This document shows, in pieces, positions 49,783 through 58,910 of a DNA stretch of 64,000 bases. The translations under genes and the position numbers were made by a program. This DNA comes from an uncultured delta proteobacterium. GTDB lineage: Bacteria; Desulfobacterota; Syntrophia; Syntrophales; UBA5619. Within the stretch, counting starts at the first letter, position 1; each line of letters opens with the position of its first letter. Location of the stretch: contig CAWFOM010000012.1 of the NCBI GenBank assembly GCA_963817385.1, forward strand, positions 49,514 through 113,513. Reading direction: 5' to 3'. A model generated the notes under the pieces. The model had not been told where the DNA came from and searched no databases. It worked only from the letters and a program-made list of their open reading frames with translations.

Positions 49783-49987
49783 GACGGGTACCTCCATTCG
49801 GAATTTAAGGGATCTTTCCAGCGATGAGGGGGGGAGCTTATATCACCCATTCCGGCGAAGCCGGTCGCTGTCGGGGAGATGGTAGATTGTCGACAATCGT
49901 TTGTCAAGCAAAAAGATAAATTTTATACACCAATGATTATGGAATGTTACTTGTTATTTGCCGGTGCATATCCTCCTTGACTTCCGG
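49627..49987. repeat. Direct repeat copy 1 (amidohydrolase 5' end + promoter region)
   Basis: Near-identical to 55506-55856 with scattered substitutions and indels. Confidence 0.95.
49879..49907 (-). promoter_or_regulatory. sigma70 promoter with GntR-type operator in the spacer
   Basis: TTGACA-17 nt-TACCAT; perfect palindrome GATTGTCGACAATC at 49885-49898. Confidence 0.8.
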
Positions 49988-50216
49988 AGCGGTTTCGATT
50001 AATGACTAACACTCCTTCTGGGTGAGACGACAGGTCACCGGACTTGATTTGTCGCACCGTCGGAGATTGTCGGGAAGTACCTTGAACCGTTCCCCTTACA
50101 GGGCCCGTAATAAATAAGGAGCAGGCGCTCATGGCACGAGGGGCACGACCGGAAGAAGCGGGATTTTTTGCATGATCTCTTCGACTCAAAGGGACAAGCG
50201 GGGTATCGTCACGCCG

Positions 50217-51188
50217 ATGGACGGCCAGCAGCGCAAAGAACGGGTTGCCCTCCTTTCGGTTTTTTCAAACACTACCCTCGTCATCATAAAGCTGATCGTG
50301 GGCCTGGTGATCGGATCAGTCTCCGTCATTTCAGAGGCGATCCATTCCGGCGTCGACCTTCTGGCTGCCGTCATCGCCCTCTTTTCGGTGAAGACCTCCA
50401 GTCTCCCCGCCGACGGAAAGCATCCCTTCGGCCATGGGAAGATCGAAAACATCTCCGGGACCGTCGAGGCCCTGCTGATCTTTGTTGCGGCCGGATGGAT
50501 CATCTGGGAGGCAGTCGATAAGCTTCTTAAACCGCGGCCGCTGGAGACCGTCGGTTGGGGCGTCGTCGTCATGCTCATCTCCGCCGCCGCCAACAGCGTC
50601 GTCGCGCGAATGTTGTTCAAGGTGGGGAAGGAGACGGATTCGATCGCGCTTATGGCTGACGGTTGGCACCTGCGCACCGATGTCTATACCTCGGCGGGCG
50701 TCATGGCGAGTCTCGCCGTCATCTGGACTGCACATCTGATCACCCCCGATCCCGATATCGACTGGCTCGACCCGGTTGCGGCCATCGGCGTTGCCTGCCT
50801 CATCATCAAGGCGGCCTGGGACCTGACCCGGCAATCGGCCGGGGGGCTCATGGATGAGACGCTTCCACCCGAGGAGGAAGAAGAGATCCGGCAGTTGATC
50901 CGGTCCCAGTTGCCGGCCGTCCATGGCTACCACCAGTTGCGCACCCGCAAGGCCGGCCACTTCCGGTTTGTCGAGGTGCATATTCAGGTCGACGCCAAGA
51001 TGTCCGTCGAAATGGCCCACCGCCTCAACCAGGACCTGGTCAGGCGGATCAAGGAACACTTCCGCAATGCGACGGTCACGGTCCATACCGAACCCTGTGA
51101 CGGCACATGCCCGGAGAAATGTCTGGCGGGCTGCCTCCTGACGGAGACGGAACGGGACGGCATCCGGCAAACGGCCCGGATGATGTAG
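50217..51188 (+). CDS. Cation diffusion facilitator transporter (FieF-like) with Cys-rich tail
   Basis: SEAIHSGVD, HPFGHGKIE, ADGWHLRTD, LRTRKAG, VHTEP, CDGTCPEKCLAGC. Confidence 0.93.
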   Translation: MDGQQRKERVALLSVFSNTTLVIIKLIVGLVIGSVSVISEAIHSGVDLLAAVIALFSVKTSSLPADGKHPFGHGKIENISGTVEALLIFVAAGWIIWEAVDKLLKPRPLETVGWGVVVMLISAAANSVVARMLFKVGKETDSIALMADGWHLRTDVYTSAGVMASLAVIWTAHLITPDPDIDWLDPVAAIGVACLIIKAAWDLTRQSAGGLMDETLPPEEEEEIRQLIRSQLPAVHGYHQLRTRKAGHFRFVEVHIQVDAKMSVEMAHRLNQDLVRRIKEHFRNATVTVHTEPCDGTCPEKCLAGCLLTETERDGIRQTARMM

Positions 51189-51289
51189 CGGGCAAAGCTC
51201 TCCATGGCCGTTTCATCGTCCAGCGAGATGCGGTTGCCGCAGACGCCTTGGAACCCGTGATGCCGCCATGTTGAGAGCATGGCGATCAT
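51175..51289 (-). mobile_element. IS91-family transposase remnant (central part)
   Basis: MIAMLSTWRHHGFQGVCGNRISLDDETAMESFARYIIRA resembles the W(R)HSGF..LARYIIR segment. Confidence 0.65.
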
Positions 51290-51291
51290 GT

Positions 51292-52797
51292 TTACCGTTC
51301 CTCCTCGTCAAGCATTGCTCTTTTCATTCTGATGGTCTTAAATGTGACCAGAATTGTCATGACCGCTGCGATCGCCATCAGGGTGGCGGAGATCGGGCGG
51401 GTCACAAAAGTGGTAATATCCCCGTAGGACAAATTAAGAGCCTGGTAGAGAGAGTTTTCCCACATTTTACCCAGCACCATGGCAATGATCATAGGCGCTC
51501 CGGGAATTTCGTACTTTTTCATGAAATACCCGAATATTCCGAAAAGAAACATGGCCCCAACGTCAAAGATGCTCGAATTCATTGAATAAGCGCCAATGAT
51601 GCAAACGATAAAAATGACCGGATAGAGAAGTGAGTAAGGGAGGCGCAAGGTGTAGGCGAACAGGGGCACCATGGGGAGATTCATGATGAGCAATATGAAA
51701 TTTGTGAAAAACAAAGCCGCAATGATCGCCCACACAAAGTCAGGATTGCTCTGAAATAGCAGAGGGCCCGGTTTGAGCCCGCAGATTATCATTCCTCCCA
51801 GCAGCATCGCATTGGACCCTGAACTCGGGATTCCAAGGGCGAGAAGCGGAACCATCTCTCCGGATGTGGCTGCATTATTTGCGGTTTCAGGTCCGGCCAC
51901 CCCTTTGATCTCCCCTTTGCCGAAATGCTCCGGGTGTTTGGACATCGATTTCTCCACGCCATAGGAGATGAAAGACGAGAGCGTCGACCCGGCACCTGGC
52001 AAAACGCCGCAGAAGAAGCCGATGACCGTGCCCCTGAGCATGGTCCATTTGGTTTGAAAAATATCCGAAAATCTCGGCCAGCATTCGGAAAACGGCACCT
52101 TGAGGGACTGTATTTTCAGGCGCTCTTCAGCAGAGACCAGTACTTCTCCGATGCCGAACACGCCCATGACCACGATCACGAATGAAATGCCGTCCATCAG
52201 CCTGGGGAATCCGTACACAAAGCGGGGCGCTCCCTGCACAGGGTCGGTGCCGACAACACTGAGTGCAAGGCCGAGCAACACACCCATGAGCGATTTTGCG
52301 ATGGATTTTCCTCCAATGTAGACGACCGTCAGCATCCCCATGAAGATCAGGCTGAAGTATTCGGCGGGGCCGAATGTCAGGCTGAATTCGGCAAGGGGCA
52401 CGCAGATGAAGATCAATGCGATTCCTCCGATCGACCCGCCCAAATAAGAACCGATGGCCGACATCCCCAGGGCAGACCCCGCCCGGCCTTGGCGGGCCAT
52501 CTGGTAGCCATCCAAACAAGTAACGACGGAGGAGCCTTCACCAGGTACATTGAGGAGGATCGATGTGGTCGATCCTCCGTACTTGGACCCGTAGACGATC
52601 GAGGTAAGCATGATCAGGGCCGGGATCGGGGCCATTCCGAACGTGAAGGGAAGAAGAATCGCGATGGTGGCCGAGGGGCCCAGACCGGGGAGTATCCCCA
52701 CGATCGTCCCAAGAAAGCAGCCAACCATAGCCATCCATAGATTGTAAGGGGTCAATATCAAAGCGAATCCATGCGACAAACTATGAAAAGAATCCAT
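51292..52797 (-). CDS. tctA: TctA permease
   Basis: GILPGLG, KYGGSTTSIL, GPETANNA. Confidence 0.95.
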   Translation of the reverse strand: MDSFHSLSHGFALILTPYNLWMAMVGCFLGTIVGILPGLGPSATIAILLPFTFGMAPIPALIMLTSIVYGSKYGGSTTSILLNVPGEGSSVVTCLDGYQMARQGRAGSALGMSAIGSYLGGSIGGIALIFICVPLAEFSLTFGPAEYFSLIFMGMLTVVYIGGKSIAKSLMGVLLGLALSVVGTDPVQGAPRFVYGFPRLMDGISFVIVVMGVFGIGEVLVSAEERLKIQSLKVPFSECWPRFSDIFQTKWTMLRGTVIGFFCGVLPGAGSTLSSFISYGVEKSMSKHPEHFGKGEIKGVAGPETANNAATSGEMVPLLALGIPSSGSNAMLLGGMIICGLKPGPLLFQSNPDFVWAIIAALFFTNFILLIMNLPMVPLFAYTLRLPYSLLYPVIFIVCIIGAYSMNSSIFDVGAMFLFGIFGYFMKKYEIPGAPMIIAMVLGKMWENSLYQALNLSYGDITTFVTRPISATLMAIAAVMTILVTFKTIRMKRAMLDEEER

Positions 52798-52811
52798 TGG
52801 TTCTCCTCCCG

Positions 52812-53279
52812 TTAAAATCCCAGACCCAGCCAGCATTTGGGAAGCTCAACTTCCATCCAATATTGAAAGAGAAGAAAGCTGCCGCCGCCAAACATCGCGC
52901 TGTATAAAAGGCTTTTGCCGATACTGTATTTTTCCAAAAAATAGAGGAGCAGAAAGACCAGCGCCAATGTCGACAGGAGAAATCCGATGGGCATCAGGAC
53001 GATGGTGTAGCCAACCAGAATGAGAATGATCAGAGCTATCCGTCGAAGAGAACTCCGCTCCGGCAGGACTGACTTCTCGTCCTTCTCCCCGCTTTTCCGC
53101 ATGTACGAGTCAACGATCAAATACAGCGAAAACAATCCCAGCAGGACCCCCACCCAGAAGGGGGCAAAGCCGGGTCCCGGTGTAAACTTCGTCATATAAT
53201 CGTATCGCAGGGCCTCGATGATCAGCCAGATGCTCAATCCAAGACAAATCATCCCAAAAACACGGTCTCCTATTTTCAT
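52812..53279 (-). CDS. tctB: TctB small permease
   Basis: TPGPGFAPFW, 4-5 TM segments. Confidence 0.92.
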   Translation of the reverse strand: MKIGDRVFGMICLGLSIWLIIEALRYDYMTKFTPGPGFAPFWVGVLLGLFSLYLIVDSYMRKSGEKDEKSVLPERSSLRRIALIILILVGYTIVLMPIGFLLSTLALVFLLLYFLEKYSIGKSLLYSAMFGGGSFLLFQYWMEVELPKCWLGLGF

Positions 53280-53316
53280 GTCTTTTCCCTCCTTACCGGG
53301 GTTGTTTCTTGAGGAC

Positions 53317-54297
53317 CTACTTTTTCTTACCCCCGTATACTTCGAGCTCTTTGAGATCTGCCGCTAATCCTTTAGCGTAATCGGGGATAAACTTCCTCAA
53401 TTGCTCCGGCCCCATATAAACGGGAAACATCTCGATTTTTCTCAAAAGGTTTTTGAAGTCTTCTTTTTCTAACAGTTTGGCGAAGGCCTGCCCCCAGAAT
53501 TTGACGGCATAATCGGGCATCTCCGGGGGGCCCCAGAAGCCCCGAAGCTGCGTGAAGGATGCATTAACCCCCTGCTCTAACATCGTGGGTACGTCAGGGG
53601 AAAAAGGGGTCCTTGCATCGCCCTGGGCCGCCAGAGCTCTCAGTTTTCCGGCTTTCACGTGCTGTCCCACATCGGTTGGGGTTCCAAAAGCGAAGTCGAT
53701 ATGGCCGCCGAGGAGGGCGATAGGGCTCGCCGTGGAGAACGCGGTGAGGGTAAATTTGACCCCGGTTGTCTTTTCAAGCCGGTTAATGACGATATGCGAT
53801 GAACCTCCTACACTCTCGATACCGGCTCTGACTCTATCAGGGTTCTTTCTGGCGTCTTCGATCAGGTCTTTGAGGTTCTTGTATTTGGAGTCGGCGCGAA
53901 CGACCAATAGACCGGGATCCTCCGCCAATGAGCAAAGTAACGCCAGATCCATGATATCTGTTACCGTCGTGGTGCCACGCAGAATCGCGAGAATGGGAGC
54001 GGTAGTCCAACCGAGGAGAACGTTCGGATCTCCCTTTTTCGAGGCAAGGTAATTGATGGCCACGGTGGCCGATCCGCCCGGCCGGTTGATAACTTGGATT
54101 TTGGGCTTCACGATGCCTTCATTATTCAGGAAAAGAGCCGTCGTGCGAACAAACGTGTCCGCAGCGCCCCCGGACCCGGAATGAACAACAAACTCAATGG
54201 GTTTATCCGGGTATTCTGCCTTGGTCTCCGGAGCGAAGGCTATGAAGCTGAAAACTGCAATCAACGCAAACAAAGACAACAACGCTTTCTGTTTCAT
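53317..54297 (-). CDS. tctC: TctC/Bug substrate-binding protein
   Basis: Signal peptide, YPDKPIEFVV, GGAAD, NRPGGS, VPTMLEQG. Confidence 0.93.
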   Translation of the reverse strand: MKQKALLSLFALIAVFSFIAFAPETKAEYPDKPIEFVVHSGSGGAADTFVRTTALFLNNEGIVKPKIQVINRPGGSATVAINYLASKKGDPNVLLGWTTAPILAILRGTTTVTDIMDLALLCSLAEDPGLLVVRADSKYKNLKDLIEDARKNPDRVRAGIESVGGSSHIVINRLEKTTGVKFTLTAFSTASPIALLGGHIDFAFGTPTDVGQHVKAGKLRALAAQGDARTPFSPDVPTMLEQGVNASFTQLRGFWGPPEMPDYAVKFWGQAFAKLLEKEDFKNLLRKIEMFPVYMGPEQLRKFIPDYAKGLAADLKELEVYGGKKK

Positions 54298-54354
54298 CGT
54301 ACACCTCCTCTATGTTTTGCCCCTCCTGTCCTCGGGTTACCGTTTGAGGATCTA

Positions 54355-55336
54355 TTATTTCTTGCTTACGTACGCCTCGAGGTCTTTGATATCTGCCGCA
54401 AATTCTTTGGCGTAGTCGGGCATAAACTTCCTCAATTGCTCCGGCCCCATATACGCAGGCTCCATATAAAATTTTCTCGAAAGGTCTTTGAACCCTTTTG
54501 TCTCTGATAGTTTGGCGAAGGCCTGCCCCCAAAATTTTACGACATAATCGGGCATCTCCGGGGGGCCCCATAAGCCCCTCAACTGCCTGAAGGATGTATT
54601 GATCCCCAGTTCCTTCATCGTAGGTTCATTGGGTGTAGCTTGGGACCTTGTGTCGCTCGCGTTTGCCAGGTATCTCAGTTTTCCGGCCGTCACGCTCTCT
54701 TGCACGTCTGCCGGGGGTCCAAAAGTGAAGTCGGTATGTCCGCCAAGGACGGGAACATAGCTCGCCCCGCCGAATGCCGTAATGTTAAACTTGACCCCGG
54801 TTGCCTTTTCGACCCGGTTCATGATGACATGTTCTGAACCTCCGATAGTCCCGACACTGCCTTTCACTTTATCAGGATTCTTTCTGGCGTCTTCGATCAG
54901 GTCTTTCATGCTCTTGTATTTGGAATCAGAGCGAACGACCAGAAGATTGGGGTCTTCCACCAAAGAGCAGAGTAACGTCAGGTCCATGACATCTTTCACC
55001 TTCGTGGTTCCGCGCAGAAGCGTCATAATGGGAGAGGTTGTCCAACCCTGGAGAACATAGGGATCTCCCTTTTTTGAAGCGACGTAATTGATGGCCACGG
55101 TGGCCGCTCCGCCTGTCCGGTTGAATATCTGGATTTTTTGCTTCACGATTCCCTCATCATTCAGGAAGCGGGCGATCGAGCGATAAAACGTATCCCCAGC
55201 GGTCCCGGCCGAGTTATGCAAGACAAACTCAATGGGTCTTGTCCGGGTACTCCGCCGCCTCGGCCTCCGGAGTGAAAGCGGGTAAACTGAACACTGCAAT
55301 CAAAGCCAATAAGGACAACAATGCTTTCCGTTTCAT
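54355..55336 (-). CDS. tctC: TctC/Bug substrate-binding protein, tandem paralog (frameshifts near N-terminus)
   Basis: ATG 55336 (MKRKALLSLL) with GGAGG RBS; body strongly similar to 53317-54297. Confidence 0.9.
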
Positions 55337-55416
55337 GACGAACCTCCTTTTGTTTTGCAGGGTAAGAATAATTCAGGATTCTCCCTCCTGACCCGGGGTT
55401 GCCGTTTGAGGACTGA

Positions 55417-55661
55417 GTTTTTCTTGCCTCCGTAAACTTCGAGTTCTTTGAGGTCTGCCGCTAATTCTTTTGCGTAACCGGGGATAAACTTCCTCAATTG
55501 CCCCGGCCCCAGAGCTTGGCCTTCGCGACGCCGGCGATGGGGGTATCGGCGATGCCGTGGAAGAACTCCCGGGCAAGCCAGATGGGCTCGATGGTCTTCT
55601 TTTCGGGTTCGAGGACATGGCAATGGTTGTCTACAACGGGACACGTGGTGAAATCTGGCAT
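55417..55661 (-). pseudogene. Deletion chimera: amidohydrolase N-terminus joined to a tctC 3' end
   Basis: MPDFTTCPVVD...KAKLWG (55506-55661) abuts GPGQLRKFIPGYAKELAADLKELEVYGGKK (55417-55510) through shared GCCCC. Confidence 0.88.
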
Positions 55662-55904
55662 GACGGGGTACCTCGATTCGGAATTTAAAGGATCTTTCCA
55701 GCAATGAGGGTGCAGGGGAACTTGCGTCACTAGCCGCTGTCGGGGAGATGGTAGATTGTCGACAATCGTTTGTCAAGCAAAAAGACAAGATTTATTAACC
55801 AATGATTATGGAATGTTACTTGTTATTTGCCGGTGCATATCCTCCTGGGCTTCCGGTGCTGACTCCTGACGGAGACGGAACGGGGCCGGCATCCGGCAAA
55901 CGGC
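55506..55904. repeat. Direct repeat copy 2 (49627-49987 plus 51135-51175, CDF body missing)
   Basis: 55506-55856 matches 49627-49987; 55863-55904 matches the CDF 3' end. Confidence 0.92.
55748..55776 (-). promoter_or_regulatory. Second copy of the GntR-operator promoter
   Basis: Identical TTGACA-17 nt-TACCAT and GATTGTCGACAATC (55754-55767). Confidence 0.8.
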
Positions 55905-55946
55905 TGCGGACGCGCCAAAGATGCCGACCGGATAAACCTTCCCGCG

Positions 55947-56639
55947 TCAATCGGGTCCGACCAGGCCTTTGAGGACCGGATCGAGGAAGTCAAGCGGCCG
56001 GTCAAAATCGGCGATCCGCGGTATGACGCCGGAGACGCGAACGCCGGACGCCTGTTCGATGGCTTCGATGTTTTCCTCGATCATCCGACGGGGAGTGCAG
56101 GGCTCGCCGCTGTCGATCAGAACGACGCCCGCAGCGGCGATGTGCCGCGACCGCAGGGCCTCGGTCGTCAAGAGCGTATGGTTGATCGTTCCCAGTCCCG
56201 CCCGGGCGGCGATGATCGGCCGTGCCCGGGTTTGGTCCACGAGGTCAATCATCATCCGCCCCTCCGCCAGGGGGACAAACAACCCGCCGGCGCCCTCGAT
56301 CACCAGGGGGCGGCGGTTTCCGCCGCGCCTTCCGATCTCCCTAACGAGAAAAGGGAAGTCGACCTGCCGCCCTTCGCTCCGGGCGGCAAACAAGGGCGCC
56401 TTCGGTTCCCGGAAGCAGTAGATCACCGATGCGCTGCACTCTTTCCCCTTAAGTGAATCCACATGGGCATAGATAAAGCGGGCATCGCTCAGATCGTCGC
56501 CGGGGGCGGCGCATCCCGTTTGAACCGGCTTGAGGTAAAAGGGGTCGCGTCCCCGGGCCGTGAGGTATCGCATGAGGCAGAGGGAAAGAACGGTCTTCCC
56601 CACCCCGGTATCCGTCCCCAGGATAAACAGATCTTCCAT
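55947..56639 (-). CDS. bioD: Dethiobiotin synthetase
   Basis: GTDTGVGKT, KPVQTG, IEGAGGL, GLGTINHTLL. Confidence 0.95.
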   Translation of the reverse strand: MEDLFILGTDTGVGKTVLSLCLMRYLTARGRDPFYLKPVQTGCAAPGDDLSDARFIYAHVDSLKGKECSASVIYCFREPKAPLFAARSEGRQVDFPFLVREIGRRGGNRRPLVIEGAGGLFVPLAEGRMMIDLVDQTRARPIIAARAGLGTINHTLLTTEALRSRHIAAAGVVLIDSGEPCTPRRMIEENIEAIEQASGVRVSGVIPRIADFDRPLDFLDPVLKGLVGPD

Positions 56640-56643
56640 CGGG

Positions 56644-57789
56644 TCACTCCTTTTGATCGACCGCTTCCCTGAGCGACCGGACAAAACCGACACAATCCTC
56701 CCGGTCGTGGAGCGCGGTCATGCCGATCCGCAGGATGGCATGGTGAAGGGGAACTGTCGGGTACCGGGCGGGGAAGACGAGAATGCCCCGTTGCCGCATC
56801 TCCCGGGAAACCCGGATCGCTTTTTCCTCGTCACCGATTTCCACTCCAAGGATGTGCGCATCCCCGAAGGCGCAAAATCCCGCGCCCCGAAGGGATTCCT
56901 TCATGAACAGGCTTGTGTCCCGAAGTCTTGCCCGCTGCTCGTGGGCGTTCCCGACAACTGCAAGAGTCTCCAGGACGGCCCCCGCGTGGGATGAGGGGAG
57001 GGCCGTCGTGAAGAGAACAGGGGCGGAAAAATTGAGGAGGTATTCCTTTATCATTCCGGTAAGCAGGATGAATGCGCCGAAGAGGCCGAAGGCCTTGCCG
57101 AAGGTCCCGACCGCGATGTCGGCGACACCGGCGGCGATCCCTTTTCCCCCGGGGCCGATTGCGCCGAAGGCATGAGCCTCGTCCACGATGGTCAGGAATC
57201 CGTAGCGCTCCTTCAGACGGGCGAGGAGGGCCGTGTCGAGGAGATCCCCGTCCATGCTGAAGAGCGATTCGGTGACGACCGCCGCCTGCCGCGCCGGACA
57301 CTGCTGCAGCTTCTTCTCCAGGTGAAGCAGGTTTCCGTGCCGGAAGCCCGCAACCTCGGCCCCGCTCAGGGCAACTCCCTTGACGCTGCTTGCATGGATG
57401 TGCCGGTCGATGAGGATCCGGTCCCCCGGCTCGAAGAGCGCGGAGAGAAGCCCCAGGTTCGCCTGGAAGCCGCTGGGGCAGAAGAGGGCGTCCTCATAAC
57501 CGAAAAATGCGGCGCAGGCCTTTTCTGCCTCCCGGACCAGGGCGGTGTTTCCCGTCACGAGACGCGAGGAAGAGGAAGAGGTTCCGGATTTTCGGATGTT
57601 CTTCACCAGGATCCGCTTCAATTCAGGGGAGTCCGCGAGCCCCAGATAATCGTTGGAGGCGAAATTCAAACACTTCGTGTCGCCGATAAACAGATACTTT
57701 CCCGTCCGTTTCCGGATCTCCGGGGGGCGTCGATACAATCCCGATTGCTCCTGGAGAATCAGGCGGTTTTCGAATCGCTCGATAAACAT
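56644..57789 (-). CDS. bioF: 8-amino-7-oxononanoate synthase
   Basis: NFASNDYLGL, SGFQAN, ESLFSMDGD, VDEAHAFG, GTFGKAFG. Confidence 0.95.
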   Translation of the reverse strand: MFIERFENRLILQEQSGLYRRPPEIRKRTGKYLFIGDTKCLNFASNDYLGLADSPELKRILVKNIRKSGTSSSSSRLVTGNTALVREAEKACAAFFGYEDALFCPSGFQANLGLLSALFEPGDRILIDRHIHASSVKGVALSGAEVAGFRHGNLLHLEKKLQQCPARQAAVVTESLFSMDGDLLDTALLARLKERYGFLTIVDEAHAFGAIGPGGKGIAAGVADIAVGTFGKAFGLFGAFILLTGMIKEYLLNFSAPVLFTTALPSSHAGAVLETLAVVGNAHEQRARLRDTSLFMKESLRGAGFCAFGDAHILGVEIGDEEKAIRVSREMRQRGILVFPARYPTVPLHHAILRIGMTALHDREDCVGFVRSLREAVDQKE

Positions 57790-58211
57790 GAATACAGCAT
57801 CCTATAATGACGGGCAAGCGGCCCTTGTGCGAAGCGCTCGTCGTAGTCGATTGTCGTGAACAGGAACTCCCCCTCCATGAGGACGGCCTCTTCCCGCCCG
57901 GCCTCCAGATGATAGGCGAAGGTCGTTCCGCTCTGCGCGGCCAGCCTTCCCCTGAGAAGGCAGACCCCGGCCGCCGGAACCCCGTCGGGAAGAGTGCAGC
58001 GGCCGATCTTCAGGAGAAAGGCGTGTCTCGCAAAGCCGGTAAGATAGCGGACATGAAGGGCCCCCAACTGGGCGAGGGCCTCGACGAGCGTGAACACCGG
58101 TCCTCCCTTGAGCGTGCAAACGCCCCGGATCTCGTCACTCCCGGCCCGGCTGATCCGGTCGATCAGGCGGAAGCCCTGCAGCCCCGAGCGGATGCTCACC
58201 GGTTTTTCCAT
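57759..58211 (-). CDS. Hot-dog fold FabZ/FabA-like dehydratase
   Basis: FRLIDRI, LVEALAQLGA; overlaps bioF start. Confidence 0.65.
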   Translation of the reverse strand: MEKPVSIRSGLQGFRLIDRISRAGSDEIRGVCTLKGGPVFTLVEALAQLGALHVRYLTGFARHAFLLKIGRCTLPDGVPAAGVCLLRGRLAAQSGTTFAYHLEAGREEAVLMEGEFLFTTIDYDERFAQGPLARHYRMLYSCLSSDSKTA

Positions 58212-58400
58212 TTGGAATTCCCCCATACCCTGTCGATTTATCTGAAAATGCCCCCTTCCCGGTATCAGGGCTGCGTCAAGATTGACGCCACAACGTTCGC
58301 TTAGGGCCATGCCCAGCCGATTTTGACGGGACCTTGCTCCCTGTATCCCCTCCCCTTTGATGGGCGCGGGGTGATCCGGCCATGGGGGTTAACCCTGAAT

Positions 58401-58905
58401 TCATTCCCCTGCCGCTCCCCCGCTTTTAACGAGAAGGGCGCAATTCTGGCCGCCGAAACCGAAATTCTCGATCAGAAAAAGGGGCCATTCTCCCCGCCTG
58501 CGGGTCCGGACAAAATCGATATCCGTCTCGCAGGGATTCTCAAGATTTCGTATCTCCGGCAGATAATTGCGGCTCAGGGCCGCAAGGGTAATCGCCATCT
58601 CGACTGCGCCGCAGGCCGCGGCGAGGTGGCCGATCCACGATTTCAGGGCGACTACTGCCGGGCTCCGGTGGGGAAAGATACGCCGGATCAGCTTGGCCTC
58701 GGCTGCATCGTTGAGGAGGGTTCCCGTACCGTGGGTCACAATGAGATCCACCTGGGCGGGCATGACCCCCGCCTCCCGAAGGGCGCCCCGGACGGCGTTT
58801 ACCGCGGCCTCGCCTTCCGGGGCCGGCGCGGTCAAACGATAGCCGAGGCGCCCCGGACGGCGTTTTCCGCAGCATCGCCATCCGGCGAGGGCGCGGTCAT
58901 GCTAT
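58401..58905 (-). CDS. Beta-ketoacyl-ACP synthase (FabF-like), C-terminal part only
   Basis: THGTGTLLND..E, KSWIGHL..ACG.VE, NFGFGGQN; 5' part lost at the junction. Confidence 0.85.
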
Positions 58906-58910
58906 AGCCG
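58782..58910. repeat. Imperfect ~65-bp tandem duplication at the compositional junction
   Basis: GGCGCCCCGGACGGCGTTT at 58782 and 58847, each followed by a variant of the same FabF segment. Confidence 0.85.

Noticed and set aside
22625..49827. Long antisense ORFs opposite AOR, murJ, rne, cimA, amidase, tctA and amidohydrolase
   Set aside because: Expected consequence of strong GC3 codon bias; no RBS or domain evidence
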